NCBI GenBank assembly: GCA_963663545.1
Contig: OY760505.1
Coordinates: 896,001 to 960,000, forward strand
Origin: Candidatus Delongbacteria bacterium
Lineage (GTDB): Bacteria; CAIWAD01
DNA: 64,000 nucleotides
Reading direction: 5' to 3'
The position numbers were made by a program, and so were the translations under genes. Shown here piece by piece: positions 1 to 9,672 of the stretch (its first letter is position 1; each line of letters starts with the position of its first letter). The notes below the pieces were generated by a model that saw nothing but the letters and a program-made list of their open reading frames with translations, was not told the DNA's origin and did not search any database.

Positions 1-20
1 TCTTCTCCTTCGGCATTGGC

Positions 21-518
21 GTGCTGATTGGCGTCTGGCATTTCCTGGCACCGGAGACAACGGAGGGCGCCCTCTACCATCTGGACTTCCTGCGCGTTTT
101 CGCGGACGAAGATCCTTCGCGCACGGCCTGGTTCCTCTTCGCGATGGGCGGCCTTTTTGTGCTGTTCAATCTCTGGTTGCTGATCCGCATGCTGGTGAAG
201 TACTTCAGCTATTCCTGGGTCCTCTATCCTTTCTATACACTGATGGGTGTCACGGCACTACTCAGCGCCGTCTACATGGCCACCGCCTCGATCGTTGTGC
301 TGATCGCGGGCACGGTGGTCTACTTCGGCTTCAGCATGCTGGGGGGCGCCATGGGTGCGGTGGGAAACATCGGCTCTGGCGGATCCGCTTCCAGTTATGA
401 CCAGGAGCGGGAGATCACCAGACGCGACCAAGAGGCCCTCAAGCGCCGCCAGCTCAACCAGGCGGAGTGGCACAAGGTGTACAAGGGCAAGAATATCGAT
501 CCCAACGTGTTCAAGTGA
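21..518 (+). CDS. Hypothetical membrane protein (5' end probably outside window)
   Basis: Several hydrophobic helices followed by a Gly/Ser linker and charged tail; GC3-rich codon use. Confidence 0.6.
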   Translation: MLIGVWHFLAPETTEGALYHLDFLRVFADEDPSRTAWFLFAMGGLFVLFNLWLLIRMLVKYFSYSWVLYPFYTLMGVTALLSAVYMATASIVVLIAGTVVYFGFSMLGGAMGAVGNIGSGGSASSYDQEREITRRDQEALKRRQLNQAEWHKVYKGKNIDPNVFK

Positions 519-529
519 AGCCTTGAGCG

Positions 530-2179
530 CTACATCCCAGGCAACCAGAGATCGCGGCGTCTCGATCGACGCCCACATGGACGGCTTCGGCCTCCTCGTG
601 CCGAGGGTGAAACGCTCGCCTTTGTTCTCTCCTGCGTACGCCCTCCGCTCTTCCTGGCAACCGTTTTTCCTCGGCTATCGTTGTACTCCCGTTGAAACTG
701 CCGTGCTTGTGTCACCATTTCAGCCCCCGGTTCCGATGGAAGCTGAGGGCGCGTACTTGGTTCATGCAATACCTCATCGCTATCAAGCGCGCTGACCAGG
801 AATCGCATTTGCCCCCGGCGGCAGCAGGTGTAGGCCAGCATCTGATCGCGCTCGTCACAACGCAATTGCGTGAGACGTCGGGCGCGCTGCTGAAATCCCG
901 GTGTCCGCTTCACTCCCGTGACACACCACCGGCGGCCCCATTTCCTTACCATGGCAGGCTCTTCCACCGCAAGCAGAGCCAGCGCCTTCTCGACTTGTCC
1001 TTGCGGCAGCTGCATGAAGCGTGCGATTTCTTCGTCGCTGAGTCCCTGCGGATGCCAACTCAGGATCTGCAGAATCGCCGCAATCTCAGGCTCGCTGGGA
1101 AAGGCCGTTCGAATGAAGAAATCCAAAATGCCCTTGTCGCCCTTGCCGTAGAGCAAAATGCCGTAGGCCGCCTCCAGCGCCCGACCGGCCCGTCCAACCT
1201 GCTGATAGTAGGCGACCACGGATGCCGGCATCTGATAGTGTATCACAAAGGCAATGTCCGGCTTATCGAAGCCCATACCTAGCGCAGTAGTAGCCACCAG
1301 CACTTTGAGGCGGTTCCTCATTAGTTGGTCTTCAATCTGCTCGCGCTCCGGAGCTCCCGAATAGTAGGCTTTGGCCGTTATGCCGCAATGCTGCAACCAT
1401 GCGGCCACTTGCTGTGCGTCCCTGACGGTCAGCGTGTAGACGATGCCGGAGCCAGGCAGCCGGGGAAGCTGCTCCGCCAGCCAGGCCATGCGCTCACTGC
1501 GTTTGGCCAGCTCGATGTTTTGTAGCACAAGACTAGGACGCGCCAGCTCACCGCGCTGCACCTGCAGATCCGGCCCCAGGATCTGCTCAAGGTCCCGCAT
1601 CACGCGTGCGTTGGCCGTGGCCGTTGTTGCCAGCAGACGCAGACTGGCAGGTAGCTGTGGTATCACGCGCTCGATCAGCCGATAGTAGGGCCGGAAGTCG
1701 TGGCCCCAGTCGGAAATGCAATGCGCCTCATCTACCACCAGCATGGCGATCTCGCGCAGGATGGGCGACAGCACTGTATCACAGAAACCCTCGTTGGCCA
1801 GCCGCTCCGGTGAGATGAGCAGCAAGTCCGCCTGCCCTTCGCATAGAAGATGCTGGTTATGCACCCACTCCTCCCTGTTGTCCGAGTGAATGCTTACCGC
1901 TCGCAGCCCCATGCGCTCAGCCGCTTGCAACTGATTACGCATCAGCGAAAGCAGCGGCGAGATCAGAATACTTGGCCCCGCACCGCCCTCTCGCAACAGA
2001 CGACAGGCAATGAAGTAGACATAGCTCTTGCCCCAGCCGGTACGTTGTATCACCAGGAGACGCCCGCGCCCCTCCACGATGTGCCGGATCGCCTCTTCCT
2101 GTCCCTCACGGAACTCTGCCTTCGCCTGTGCGGTCCCTTCCCGCAACAGCTCGCGCGCTCGCTTCGCATCGTAGTTCAT
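530..2179 (-). CDS. recQ: RecQ-family ATP-dependent DNA helicase (possibly C-terminally truncated)
   Basis: Motifs QRTGWGKS, SPLLSLMRNQ, VDEAHCISDWGHDFRP, TTATA, ATTALGMGFDKPDI, YYQQVGRAGR; ATG at 2179 follows a GGAGG SD. Confidence 0.9.
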   Translation of the reverse strand: MNYDAKRARELLREGTAQAKAEFREGQEEAIRHIVEGRGRLLVIQRTGWGKSYVYFIACRLLREGGAGPSILISPLLSLMRNQLQAAERMGLRAVSIHSDNREEWVHNQHLLCEGQADLLLISPERLANEGFCDTVLSPILREIAMLVVDEAHCISDWGHDFRPYYRLIERVIPQLPASLRLLATTATANARVMRDLEQILGPDLQVQRGELARPSLVLQNIELAKRSERMAWLAEQLPRLPGSGIVYTLTVRDAQQVAAWLQHCGITAKAYYSGAPEREQIEDQLMRNRLKVLVATTALGMGFDKPDIAFVIHYQMPASVVAYYQQVGRAGRALEAAYGILLYGKGDKGILDFFIRTAFPSEPEIAAILQILSWHPQGLSDEEIARFMQLPQGQVEKALALLAVEEPAMVRKWGRRWCVTGVKRTPGFQQRARRLTQLRCDERDQMLAYTCCRRGQMRFLVSALDSDEVLHEPSTRPQLPSEPGAEMVTQARQFQREYNDSRGKTVARKSGGRTQERTKASVSPSARGGRSRPCGRRSRRRDLWLPGM

Positions 2180-2430
2180 GCTCCCTCCTTCCCGCTTACC
2201 GATGAGCACGCCGGCAACGTGTATCACGGCTCCCTGCGTTCATCCTTGTTTGATGTGCTTTGTGATACAGACTGCGCGGGTTGCGGTTCCGGGTTTCGAG
2301 CGGATCTGGGCATCACTGCATTGCAGTGTCCAGACGCTTGGACACATTAGATCAGGCGATGCGGATAGGCGTAGGACGCACAAGCTGACCCGAAACCGCG
2401 AAGTCATCGGAATGTTGTCACACACACCGC

Positions 2431-3000
2431 CTATTGAAAGCGGAAAAGCAGTGGCAGCACGAAGAAAACGAACGCGGCCCATATGACGTAAACCGGAAGA
2501 TAGCCGGCAGCAGCCTGATGAAGGCTCTGACGGGTGCCCGTTCGCAAATGGACTAGCTGACCACGCAGGATGACGGCAAGATGTCCAAGGATCACCAGGT
2601 TCGCGCCCAGGACCACCACACGGTTTGGCGAAAAGCCGAAGGATGCTAGGCGAAAGACGATGGACGCCAGCGCCTGTAGATCAATCAGCATGGTGATGGC
2701 AAGCAGGCCAAGCGTGATCCACTCGCCAAAACTCCGCTGCTGATTCGTGCCTTGGTTGGCAATGCTCAGCAGGCTGATCAGTAAGACAACCAGCAGCAGA
2801 CCGTTCATGAGAATCAGGAAGTCGCGATCGACGAAGGGATTGCGCCCAAGCTCTAGCGCCACCGTCAGGAAAGCCGTTGACATGATTAGAAAGAGCGGGG
2901 CGAACACTCGCGCCAGTACCGCGGCGATCTTTGTACGACGTGCGAAGATGCGTTTGAAGAGATATAGGAATGCTAAAAAGTCCTGTCCGAGACACGGCAC
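2431..3000 (-). pseudogene. 3' fragment of a polytopic membrane protein (DUF4153-like), probably truncated by the AT-rich island
   Basis: Five TM helices (IAAVLARVFAPLFL...FSPNRVVVLGANL...YLPVYVIWAAFVFFVLPLLFRF); the 5' end runs into AT-rich DNA without a convincing start or SD. Confidence 0.5.
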
Positions 3001-3235
3001 AAAGACCTATGAAAATCTGCAAACTAGAATGACTGAATATCCTGATTAACCTGTTTGCGGATTATATCCCCATCATATCTATCCACGACACTTCTATTAA
3101 CAGTATCTCGCAATCTAACATCTATCATAACACCTTGATTCATCTTGTCACTTCGGCTAATTTATCGAAAACATTCTAACATTCTATTTTCTTCTGACAG
3201 TCCTGCACTTACAACATTTTTGACTATTTCAGATG

Positions 3236-4810
3236 CTAAATATCACAACCACCTCCTGATAATGCTTTTTCCATTTCTGCTAATATTTCTTTCTCTCGCA
3301 TTTTCGCTTGTTGTATACTTACTAAAATTGATTTAACTAATCGCAGAACTACAATTCCATTTGATTGCACTGAATGCTTAGCTATAGTCTCCAAACACCC
3401 ATTATCATATGTATAGCGTAACTTTGAAATTGATTTTAATTTATAGAATTTACTCCTTGAATCACTTGTGAACGCATAAAGCATGTCTACTATTCCTTGT
3501 ACTAATGGATCTTTAAATTTGTATTTATATGCCATAGTATTGCAATCCAAGTCACCAAGTAGCGACATTATTACCGGACACCTACTCATTGCTGTACCAA
3601 CATTTATTGCTACCGATCTCCAAAACCACTGATTTGATTCTATAAGTCCATTCTTCTCGTAAAAACGTACATTTTCCTCTAATTCACCTATCGTTACCAA
3701 CGGATCAAATGCAATATATCCGCAATCAAAACTCATACTAATTTCTTTTAATATTTTTATTGCTACTTCTGCTTGTTCAGCAGTATATCCCCTGTTATAT
3801 CTTTGCAATTGTGAATCTACTCCACTCTCAATTCCAATGTATAGCCTCTTTAATCCTACTGACCTATAGTCATTTAATAAACCTTTAATTGTTTCTACGT
3901 GATTGAAATCACCATTTCCTACTATGAATCCAGGTCTAACAAATATTCGAAACTGAACTTCACGTTTAGATCTCCTTCTTGCTTCATGAATAAATCTACG
4001 TATCTTATTTGCACGATCAAGATTTTGACTACAATATTTGCCAAAAAAATCATCATCACAAAATTCTATAACATCAACCCCTAAATCACATATGAGATGG
4101 TTAATATCCCTTTCAATTCGGTCAATAGAAAAGCTCTCCCATCCGCGATTTCTAAAGCTATACCTCGTGCAAAACGAACACTTTCCCCATGAACATCCAC
4201 GCGAGAGCTGCGCTTGAACAACCTTAATTCCATCAACCTCTTTTGGTGTATACTTTGGCAAATATGGCAGTTTTTGCAATTTCGGAGTATTTACCGGTAG
4301 CTTACTTATACGACCACATCCATTGTCTTCTGAAAAGCTAACAACACCATCAATTTTCCTTATTGTATGGAGATTTTGCACACTCTTATTCAAACATCCC
4401 ACAATCAGCTCTATTACACGTTCAGCTTCACCTCCTACACAAAACACTTTTCCAATATCAAGACAGTTTAACGAATTAATTCGATTTAAAATCTCTTGTG
4501 GTAAATACGTTGGCAGCTGCCCCCCTAATAGCAAAATACCCGTATCTAACAAATTGAGTGTTTTTACAATATTCAAACACAGCTCGATTGTATTAGTAGA
4601 GACACTAATGCCAATAATATCATACTCGACATCAGAAGCATAGTTTTCCACAAAGCAATCAATAGTATCACATTCAATGCGATCAATAAGAATCGAGTCA
4701 CCGTAGACACCCAGCAAATGTCCCTCTAACGCATCAAGCGACAACATATTCCAAAATGAATAATGATCAATTGACCTCAAACCTACGAACAAAATCCTTA
4801 TAAAAGGCAT
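3236..4810 (-). CDS. B12-binding domain / radical SAM protein (AT-rich island)
   Basis: N-terminal YDIIGISV...LLGGQLPT...GGEAE B12-binding-like segment; SRGCSWGKCSFC cluster motif; FCDDDF and YIGIESG motifs. Confidence 0.85.
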   Translation of the reverse strand: MPFIRILFVGLRSIDHYSFWNMLSLDALEGHLLGVYGDSILIDRIECDTIDCFVENYASDVEYDIIGISVSTNTIELCLNIVKTLNLLDTGILLLGGQLPTYLPQEILNRINSLNCLDIGKVFCVGGEAERVIELIVGCLNKSVQNLHTIRKIDGVVSFSEDNGCGRISKLPVNTPKLQKLPYLPKYTPKEVDGIKVVQAQLSRGCSWGKCSFCTRYSFRNRGWESFSIDRIERDINHLICDLGVDVIEFCDDDFFGKYCSQNLDRANKIRRFIHEARRRSKREVQFRIFVRPGFIVGNGDFNHVETIKGLLNDYRSVGLKRLYIGIESGVDSQLQRYNRGYTAEQAEVAIKILKEISMSFDCGYIAFDPLVTIGELEENVRFYEKNGLIESNQWFWRSVAINVGTAMSRCPVIMSLLGDLDCNTMAYKYKFKDPLVQGIVDMLYAFTSDSRSKFYKLKSISKLRYTYDNGCLETIAKHSVQSNGIVVLRLVKSILVSIQQAKMREKEILAEMEKALSGGGCDI

Positions 4811-4826
4811 TATTTAACTCACTAAT

Positions 4827-6062
4827 TTATTGTTCAATCATTGCTTGTATTTCTTCCGATACTTTATCACAAGAGTATTCGTATTCACTAGCTTTATCGC
4901 CGTTAGATTTTCGCATCTTCACCTTAAATACTGTGCCGTCGTTACTAAAATTTGGTAGCACGCCACCCATGCGATACGGGACAGTAAACATAACTTCCAC
5001 ATTGTTACCATCTTGCGACCTTTGAAAATTCAGCAAATCATGAACAACTCTATTATCGTTAACCAGTATTTGCAGCATTAGAGCTCCTGCAGCCCTGCAC
5101 CCAGAGAACAAAAATACATATTTGCTATCGTTTTCCTTTGCCCATGGGTTTTTACAGCATGAGATTAACGCATAATCAGTATGTGTCATGTTTTCCTGCG
5201 ACTCATTTGAAACAGTAGGACAACACATAATACCATTCGCAATTATACAGGCCATATTTGTTTCACCACATACACCTGTTCTAGAACCGCTAGTACATTC
5301 AGAATTCCCAGGACACTTAATGAAACTTGCGAACAAACCTGGTTGATCGCCCTGTTTTAGCATTTTATCAATAAATCTCTTTGTTACTGAGTTTGTTTTA
5401 CTACTGCCAAGAAGTATTAGATTACGGTCGCCTAATTTTTCTTCTTCTGATCCGACTTCACAACTACATTTTATTCTTACTCTCCTATCACCAAGAACCG
5501 ATTGAACAACACCATACAGCTTCATTGCCAATAAGCTTTCTTGTAATATTAATGGTATACTAGAAGATGTTTTTGCTAAATCACCACGTCTATGTTTTAA
5601 ATCATTACTAACAACATCACTCCAATAACTATCTTTTTCTGAGTCAATTTTATGTGAGAATATCACATCAACTCTTGCTCCTGACGCATAAATCTCATCA
5701 AGATGAAGAAATTGTGCCAGAGGCTTATATCCAGCAGTATCGGCCATATGAGTTTCGAGTAACTCAACTATCCTATAACAATTTTTGTCAATTCTTGAAC
5801 ATTTGGATACATTAGATAACAGTTCACCTATAGCACGCTTGGATTTTGCAATAGCATTATTAAAACGCAAAAACATCACTACAACACCTATAACTATATA
5901 AATAGTGATTATAATAATCATTAACCACAGAAGTTGGCTATTCACCATCCCGAGTTTAAAATGCGACGCCAAAAGTCCAGATACGGCAGTAACCAACGGC
6001 GAATAGCGCCAAACAATTTTCCATATCCTCTTCCAGATGGTGTTTTTCCTGTCGTTTGGCAT
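4827..6062 (-). CDS. Uncharacterised protein with two N-terminal TM helices and a soluble C-terminal domain (AT-rich island)
   Basis: 411-codon ORF in AT-rich DNA; hydrophobic helices near aa 20-35 and 44-65; NLILLGSSKTN...DYALI...NPW...VFLFSG pattern; ends 16 bp upstream of the radical SAM gene. Confidence 0.75.
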   Translation of the reverse strand: MPNDRKNTIWKRIWKIVWRYSPLVTAVSGLLASHFKLGMVNSQLLWLMIIIITIYIVIGVVVMFLRFNNAIAKSKRAIGELLSNVSKCSRIDKNCYRIVELLETHMADTAGYKPLAQFLHLDEIYASGARVDVIFSHKIDSEKDSYWSDVVSNDLKHRRGDLAKTSSSIPLILQESLLAMKLYGVVQSVLGDRRVRIKCSCEVGSEEEKLGDRNLILLGSSKTNSVTKRFIDKMLKQGDQPGLFASFIKCPGNSECTSGSRTGVCGETNMACIIANGIMCCPTVSNESQENMTHTDYALISCCKNPWAKENDSKYVFLFSGCRAAGALMLQILVNDNRVVHDLLNFQRSQDGNNVEVMFTVPYRMGGVLPNFSNDGTVFKVKMRKSNGDKASEYEYSCDKVSEEIQAMIEQ

Positions 6063-6271
6063 ACTTCACACCTGCTGACATTTATTCTTAACTACCTTCT
6101 GTCTGTTCCGGAGCCAAGCTACTATGTAATGCTGTTTTGAGCCAGCACTTTCGAGTAGATATCAGACAAGCTCTTCTCTCGATACTGTAGGAACTCTTCA
6201 TCTGAGACATCTCAGACCACACAGGGTCGAAATTGAGTTCTAGATCATACACACCAGCTTTGATCGCTAAT

Positions 6272-6900
6272 CCTGATTACCTAGTATCCTCCGATTACCG
6301 CAGGCTGCCCAGCGGCCTTTTCGTGGAGCTGGCAGCAGCTCGTAGCAATCTGCATAACAGCCCCTGCTGGTTGAACCTGCAATTGATGAGAAACAGAAGT
6401 AGGCCGAAGTAGCGAGGCAGGTAGCGAGCTTCTGACTTGTGGTGCACACCAACGAGGCTGGTCTTCAGATTGCCCAGGATCGGGTTCGCCCAGCGAAAGA
6501 CAATTTCCAGCAAACGCTTTCTACCCTTGACCGCATTCGGAGCGTAATCCTGAGCAGTTTCCTTGATCGCCGGAAAGCCCCCGAGGGCATCAGAAAACAC
6601 AAAGGCCTGAGCCGCGAAACGCTGGCTTGCTCAAGCTGAAACAGGGATTCGCGGAAGTTGGGAAGGACGCTATGACAAGATGACGCACGCCATTGTTCTC
6701 ATTACGATCCACAGCAAACACAAAGGGTGTCTTGTACGGGAATCCGCGTCCGGTCTTCTACTCAGGACGTTTTCCTCCATGTACGCATCGTCTATTTCAA
6801 TCGTTTTCATCAAAATGCGACCCACCTCCTGACTGACAACTACGTCCATCAGCTTGTGCATCATCAGCCAGGCGGTGCAGTATGTGTCCTATTGTGCAGC
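6272..6900 (-). mobile_element. Degenerate IS1595-family (ISXO2-like DDE) transposase remnant
   Basis: Fragments MHKLM...IEIDDAYM and FSDALG...FRWANPILGNLKTSLVGVHH...RYL in different frames; CCTGATTAC end-like sequence at 6272. Confidence 0.75.
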
Positions 6901-7147
6901 CACAACACAGATAGACCAAGTCTCAAGGCCAACGGCATTTGTGATAAATGATCGGGACCAATCTTTAGTAAGCACATAGCAATAGTACACGCGGATCTGT
7001 ACCGAAAGTCCTATCTAAGCACAGCCATTCAATTATATAAATATGCCGTCCAGCAAGCGGAACCCGATCCCCGGTGAGTTGATCGACGCGTAGAAGTCTA
7101 CTCATCCACAGGATCGACAGCGATAGCAATACCCTGATCCAGAAAGG

Positions 7148-7576
7148 TCAAAGACTAAGCAAGACGATGCCGCCCACGGTCAGCAGCATGCCGAGCGCCG
7201 TTTTCAGAGTCAAGGTCTCGCCGCCCAGCATCAAGCCCATCAAGGCACCGAAGAGTGGAGAAGTAAACGCAATGGGCATCACGCGATTCAGCGGAGCGCC
7301 CTTCAGCGCGGCGTAAAAGCAGAGCATGCCGCCAGCACCGGCCACCACGCCACCGCCGATGACCATCATCCACAAGGCGCGCGGTGGAGCGGAGAGCAAC
7401 AACTTCCACTGGGGCGCACTCACCAAGCCCAGGATCAGCAGTGCCACGGCGGTACGAATGCTAATGCCCAGCTGAGGCGACAGATGCCCCATGTGCAGGC
7501 CCTTTTTCTCGAAGTAGCCGCCAATGCCCCAGGCGGCGGCCGTGAACAGTGCCAGAAGCTGTGGATTGAACTTCAT
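7148..7576 (-). CDS. EamA/DMT-family small transporter
   Basis: 142 aa with about 5 TM helices; AAAWG, FYAALK...VMPI...SPLF...GETLT signature. Confidence 0.85.
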   Translation of the reverse strand: MKFNPQLLALFTAAAWGIGGYFEKKGLHMGHLSPQLGISIRTAVALLILGLVSAPQWKLLLSAPPRALWMMVIGGGVVAGAGGMLCFYAALKGAPLNRVMPIAFTSPLFGALMGLMLGGETLTLKTALGMLLTVGGIVLLSL

Positions 7577-8016
7577 CGGGTCAGCCCTTCTTCGCTCAGA
7601 ATGCGACTCAGGATATCGGCGGCTCCCAGAACAATGCCCGGGCAGAGCTTGTGCTGCTCCGCCAGCACTTCTTCGCGGCTGCGGTTCGTTTGGGGAACCA
7701 GATGATCGCAGCGGTGCTCGCCATACTGGCTGCGAAACTCCTCGATGAAGTGCTTGGCGGTATTGCGGCAGCGCTGCTTCACGTCAAGATCACCGGCGCT
7801 GACGCGCCCTTGCGCCAGGCCTATGACCAGAAGCGCACCACCGATGGCACCGCACATCTCACCCGTTCCCGCCATGCCGCCACTCAGAGGATCGGCCAAA
7901 CGCGAGGCCAGAGTGGGCTCCAGGCCGAACTCGTCTGCCCACGCCATCAGAATGGCCTGACTGCAGGACCACCCCTCTTCGTACAACTGTTTCGCTTTCA
8001 GTGCGCGGTTGATCAT
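7573..8016 (-). CDS. C_GCAxxG_C_C family putative redox-active protein
   Basis: SCSQA, GGMAG.GEMCGAIGG, RCDHL and KLCPG motifs; ATG at 8016 with GAGG SD. Confidence 0.85.
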   Translation of the reverse strand: MINRALKAKQLYEEGWSCSQAILMAWADEFGLEPTLASRLADPLSGGMAGTGEMCGAIGGALLVIGLAQGRVSAGDLDVKQRCRNTAKHFIEEFRSQYGEHRCDHLVPQTNRSREEVLAEQHKLCPGIVLGAADILSRILSEEGLTR

Positions 8017-8017
8017 C

Positions 8018-8749
8018 TCATCCTCTTGTACCGAAGTCGTCCAGAATGCGACGGCAAAGTCCCACCTCCTCCGCGTCACACATGCGATCGGCACCATAAG
8101 CACCCGCATCATGTGTGACACTCGCTCCCACATGCACGGCATGCAGGCCGGAAATGCGCAACAAGGGTTCCAGATTGCCATGTCTCACGCTGCCAGCGGC
8201 AATCAGCTCCAACCCATCGCCCACAGATTCCATCCACTCATGCAGCGTGTGACGGCCGCGATAGGCGGTTTCGGCCATCCCACTGCTAAGCAGGCGTCGG
8301 CAACCAACACGCATCAGCTCCTGCAGAGCTGCTTTCGGATTCTTCAGCTGATCGAAAGCGCGATGAAAAGTAACCGGCAGGGGTGCCGCCGCCTGTATCA
8401 CACACTCCAAAGAAGGCAGATCCAACTCGCCTGAAGGAAGAAGCGCGCCAAAGACAAAGCCATTGGCTCCTGCTTTTCGCAGGGCATTCAAATCCACCAT
8501 CAGCTGCCCCAGCTCTTCGCGATGGATTGTGAAGGAGCCACCGCGCGGCCTGAGCATGCAAACCAGGTCCGCCGTTGTTGTATCACGAAGCGTCTGCACA
8601 AAGCCGGGTGTAGGAGTCAGGCCGCCCTCGGAAAGGGCCGAACAGAGCTCAAGTCTGTCGGCACCCGCTCCCAGGGCGGCCTGTGCTGATGTCAGATTAT
8701 CAACGCAGACCTCCAGGAGGATCTGCGTCTGCGTATCACGCTGTATCAC
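8018..8749 (-). CDS. cutC: Copper homeostasis protein CutC
   Basis: LEVCVD, GADRLELCSAL.EGGLTP, MLRPRGGSF and VTFHRAFD motifs. Confidence 0.92.
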   Translation of the reverse strand: MIQRDTQTQILLEVCVDNLTSAQAALGAGADRLELCSALSEGGLTPTPGFVQTLRDTTTADLVCMLRPRGGSFTIHREELGQLMVDLNALRKAGANGFVFGALLPSGELDLPSLECVIQAAAPLPVTFHRAFDQLKNPKAALQELMRVGCRRLLSSGMAETAYRGRHTLHEWMESVGDGLELIAAGSVRHGNLEPLLRISGLHAVHVGASVTHDAGAYGADRMCDAEEVGLCRRILDDFGTRG

Positions 8750-8755
8750 GCGCGA

Positions 8756-9613
8756 TCAATCTCCCGCCTGTACAATGGGTTGTGTGGCCTTGTCGGAGCA
8801 AAGCACCACCATCAGATTGCCCACCAGCCGAGCTTTCTCGTGGTCGTCCATGGCCACCACATTCGTCTCTGCCAACTGGCTAAGCGCCATCTGCACCATG
8901 CCCACGGCGCCGTCAACGATTTTCTGGCGTGCGTCAATGATGGCTTCGGCCTGCTGACGCTGCAGCATGGCACTGGCAATCTCGCTGGCATAAGCCAGGT
9001 GATTGATGCGGGCCTCGACGACTTCCACTCCAGCCGTCTTCACACGCTCCTGGATCTCCCGCTGCAAAGTATCGTTGACTTCGTCCAGCGAACTGCGCAA
9101 GCTGTGGCTCTCGCCCTCGGTGTCGTCGTAGGCATAGCTGGTTGCCAAATGACGCAGCGCGGACTCGGACTGCACAATCACGTAGTCGCGGAAGTCCTCT
9201 ACATCAAAGGTCGCCTGAGCGGTTTCTGTAACACGCCATACCACCACCGCCGAGATATCGATGGGGTTGCCCTTCTTGTCGTTGACCTTGATTTTCTCGC
9301 TGTCGAAGTTGCGTACCCGCAGGCTGATTTTGCGCTTGGTGTAGAAGGGGTTGGCCCAGCGGAAACCCGCCGTCTTCTCCGTCCCCGCATACTGGCCGAA
9401 GAGCAGCATGACAACGGCTTGATTGGGCTCCAGCATGAAGAGACCGCCCAGTACCAGCAGCCCGATGAAGAAAAGCAGAATCATGGAAACGAGTAGCGCT
9501 ATGCTGTGAAAGGCCAGGCCGCATACAAAGCCGGCCACGCTACCCAGTCCCACCAGCACGCCCAGAAAGAGCATGCCCCAGCCACTGGCGGTACGTCCCT
9601 GTCTTTCCTGCAT
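8756..9613 (-). CDS. SPFH/band 7 domain membrane protein
   Basis: Two N-terminal TMs; KVNDKKGNPIDI.AVVVW and EARINHLAYASEIASAMLQRQQA motifs. Confidence 0.9.
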   Translation of the reverse strand: MQERQGRTASGWGMLFLGVLVGLGSVAGFVCGLAFHSIALLVSMILLFFIGLLVLGGLFMLEPNQAVVMLLFGQYAGTEKTAGFRWANPFYTKRKISLRVRNFDSEKIKVNDKKGNPIDISAVVVWRVTETAQATFDVEDFRDYVIVQSESALRHLATSYAYDDTEGESHSLRSSLDEVNDTLQREIQERVKTAGVEVVEARINHLAYASEIASAMLQRQQAEAIIDARQKIVDGAVGMVQMALSQLAETNVVAMDDHEKARLVGNLMVVLCSDKATQPIVQAGD

Positions 9614-9637
9614 CCGTAATCCTCCTCTTTGCAGGGT

Positions 9638-9664
9638 AAAAGGGCGGCACCCCCGGCGCCGCCC
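9638..9664 (-). terminator. Rho-independent terminator after fprA
   Basis: Minus strand reads GGGCGGCGCC-GGG-GGTGCCGCCC-TTTT. Confidence 0.65.
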
Positions 9665-9672
9665 ACTCTGTG

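Noticed and set aside
2314..2345. Overlapping hairpins CACTGCA-T-TGCAGTG and GTGTCCA-N6-TGGACAC as an attC site or terminator
   Set aside because: No RYYYAAC/GTTRRRY boxes, no integrase and no U-tract; stems this short can arise by chance.
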